DNA of 24,000 nucleotides from Syntrophomonas sp. UBA5314 (GTDB lineage Bacteria; Bacillota; Syntrophomonadia; Syntrophomonadales; Syntrophomonadaceae): NCBI GenBank assembly GCA_002410325.1, contig DHRK01000018.1, positions 1 to 24,000 of the forward strand, read 5' to 3'. Shown piece by piece: positions 22,147 to 24,000 of this stretch (position 1 is its first letter; each line of letters starts with the position of its first letter). The notes under the pieces were generated by a model. It saw only the letters and a program-made list of their open reading frames with translations, ran no database searches and was not told where the DNA came from. The position numbers and the translations under genes were made by a program.

Positions 22147-24000
22147 CTAATCAGCGTAGTAGTTGATCAGGCTTCCCTTCAGGATGATGCTTCTCTCGTC
22201 AGCGCTGAGCTTCTTCAAATAGAGCTGGATGGAACGGACCCCCTGGCTGTTTATGATCTGGGCCGGTACCAGCTCTTCCCCCTTTTCCATCCGGCTGCGG
22301 ATGTCGGGAACGAAGACGATGTCACCCATGGCAAACGGCACCGCTTTATCGACTGTAAAGGGCAGCATGCCCCAGTTTATCAGGTTGCTCCGATATCTCT
22401 TGGTGGCGTATTCAACTGCCAGGTTGGCCCAGGCCCCCAGAACCTTCTGACAGGACGCGGCCTGTTCCCGGGCCGAGCCATCCCCCGGTTTTACCGCGTA
22501 AACCACACTGCCGATGGCACTGCTCTTTAGAAGGGCGAAGGCGTCGCTCCACTGGCTGTTGTTGCCGGCCACTCGGGCGGCTATATCCTGCAAATCTCCA
22601 GACATCTGGCCCTGACCGTTTTCGAACAGCCGGCGGCGTTCCTGTTCCAGCTCCTGAATCCGCTTGGCCCGGCCCACATAGCCGGGGTCTTTCCTGGACA
22701 GGGTAAACTCAGCCAGCCGCATGGGATTGGAGCGGAAGGAAGAGGTCTCTCCCGAGGGAATCAGTTCGTCAGTGGTGGTTACCGGATCGGTAATCACGCA
22801 GGCCACCTCCAGGATGAGGTTTTCCGGGAGGGCGCTCATGGCCGGCCAGTCGGCAATGTTCGGTCCAAATCGCAGCGCTTCTTCCGCTGCCGCGTGGCCA
22901 AATCCATCATAAACGCGGTTGGCATATATATCCTTGCAGAAAGTGTAAGCTACCGGTGCAGGCTTGAAGTCGACTTCGGTAGCCGGGGTCAGCAAACCGC
23001 CGTTCAAAGCGCTGGCGGCTATGGAACGGGCGTCCATCAGGGCAACCGACGATATCTGGCCGTCACCCGGTTTGGAGCCTTCCCGGTTGGGGAAGTTGCG
23101 GGTGGAATGCCTGATGCTCAGGCCGCCGTTGGCCGGCACATCTCCGGCCCCAAAGCAGGGTCCGCAGAAAGCCGTTTTTATAGTGATGCCGGCCGCCATC
23201 AATTGGGCGGCGGCTCCATCCCTGATCAATTCGTAGAAAATGGGCTGGCTGGCCGGGTAGACGCTGAAAGACAGCGGGCCGTTGCCTATCGAATGATTTT
23301 CGACCATGGAGGCGACATCATAGAGGTTCTCAAAGGTGCCGCCGGCGCATCCGGCCACTATACCCTGATCCGCCCGCAGCCTTCCGTTTACGATCTTGTC
23401 GGTAAGCGTGAACTGGATATGGGGATTTTCCAGCTGCTTGCGCCCCTCTTCTTCCACTGTTTTCAAGATGTCGTAAGGATTCCGGTTCAATTCAGCAATA
23501 GTATAGACATTGCTCGGGTGGAAGGGCAGGGCGATCATCGGTTCAATCCGGGCCAGGTCGACCAGGATGGCCCCGTCGTAATAGGCTGCGTCACCCGGGT
23601 TTAATTCGGTATAGCATTCCGGGCGGCCGTGAATGGCATAGTATTCTTTTACCCGTTCATCGGTCATCCAGATCGAACTCAGGCAGGTTGTTTCAGTGGT
23701 CATTACATCGATGCCGTTTCGGTAGTCGACCGATAGTTCCTTGATGCCCGGGCCGACAAATTCCAGCACCTTGTTATTGACAAAGCCGTTGCCAAACACC
23801 GCGCCGATGATGGCCAGGGCCACATCCTGGGGACCGACGCCGGGCCGGGGCCGGCCTTCCAGGTAAACCGCGATGATCTCCGGATAGGCCACATCGTAGG
23901 TCTTGTTCAGCAGCTGCTTTACCAGTTCCGGACCGCCTTCCCCTATGGCCATGGTGCCCAGGGCTCCGTAGCGGGTGTGGCTGTCCGAACCCAAAATCAT
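22147..24000 (-). CDS. Aconitase-family hydratase (aconitate hydratase-like), C-terminal 617 aa; 5' end lies outside the window
   Basis: GSDSHT block at the window edge, Fe-S ligand context (CGPCFG), and a C-terminal swivel domain with [10 protein letters not shown] (compare GSSREHAA). The ORF is open at 24000. Confidence 0.85.
   Translation of the reverse strand: MILGSDSHTRYGALGTMAIGEGGPELVKQLLNKTYDVAYPEIIAVYLEGRPRPGVGPQDVALAIIGAVFGNGFVNNKVLEFVGPGIKELSVDYRNGIDVMTTETTCLSSIWMTDERVKEYYAIHGRPECYTELNPGDAAYYDGAILVDLARIEPMIALPFHPSNVYTIAELNRNPYDILKTVEEEGRKQLENPHIQFTLTDKIVNGRLRADQGIVAGCAGGTFENLYDVASMVENHSIGNGPLSFSVYPASQPIFYELIRDGAAAQLMAAGITIKTAFCGPCFGAGDVPANGGLSIRHSTRNFPNREGSKPGDGQISSVALMDARSIAASALNGGLLTPATEVDFKPAPVAYTFCKDIYANRVYDGFGHAAAEEALRFGPNIADWPAMSALPENLILEVACVITDPVTTTDELIPSGETSSFRSNPMRLAEFTLSRKDPGYVGRAKRIQELEQERRRLFENGQGQMSGDLQDIAARVAGNNSQWSDAFALLKSSAIGSVVYAVKPGDGSAREQAASCQKVLGAWANLAVEYATKRYRSNLINWGMLPFTVDKAVPFAMGDIVFVPDIRSRMEKGEELVPAQIINSQGVRSIQLYLKKLSADERSIILKGSLINYYAD

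Noticed and set aside
22894-23604. 236-aa plus-strand ORF, and the 155-aa ORF at 22063-22530
   Set aside because: Both are antisense to the aconitase-family gene and have no RBS or domain signal.
1-24000. Scan for CRISPR arrays, tRNA/rRNA genes, IS or transposase genes, integrases, toxin-antitoxin or defence genes, and mer (merA/merB/merR) genes
   Set aside because: By eye I found no repeat-spacer periodicity, no cloverleaf-like or rRNA-like segments, no transposase or integrase motifs and no mer genes. The only repeated coding similarity is between the two nifS paralogs.

Overview
This window looks like chromosomal DNA from an anaerobic, Firmicutes-like bacterium. That guess rests on about 50% GC, strong GGAGG ribosome binding sites and the anaerobe enzyme content. 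Almost all genes are on the minus strand.

Gene content, by increasing coordinate:
- A Tat-exported FdnGH-type formate dehydrogenase that has Cys at the position normally occupied by selenocysteine.
- About 1 kb with no convincing gene (3555-4618).
- A two-subunit GctAB-like CoA-transferase.
- A small DUF1540 ORF that is missing from the ORF track.
- The mercury-methylation pair hgcA-hgcB, preceded by a translationally coupled, Cys-rich MarR-family regulator with a perfect palindromic operator.
- A sulfur and Fe-S block: larE, nadA, iscR-like Rrf2, nifS, nifU and a second nifS.
- A metal-efflux module: an ArsR/CadC-type repressor, a CPC-type P1B ATPase and an ICMT-family membrane methyltransferase.
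- A DUF169 gene.
- An AbfD-type 4-hydroxybutyryl-CoA dehydratase preceded by an unknown 107-aa ORF, with a 630-bp upstream region.
- tcdA, the only large plus-strand gene.
- A partial aconitase-family hydratase.

I saw no tRNA or rRNA genes, CRISPR arrays, IS elements or defence genes.

The most interesting part is the marR-hgcA-hgcB unit and its position directly downstream of a cysteine-desulfurase / Fe-S / LarE block. Secondary leads are an RBS-preceded small ORF with an in-frame UGA followed by a hairpin, long structured leaders, and a CoA-transferase beta subunit with no E-[SN]-G tripeptide.

All functional calls come from by-eye motif recognition and recalled homologues. No searches were run.
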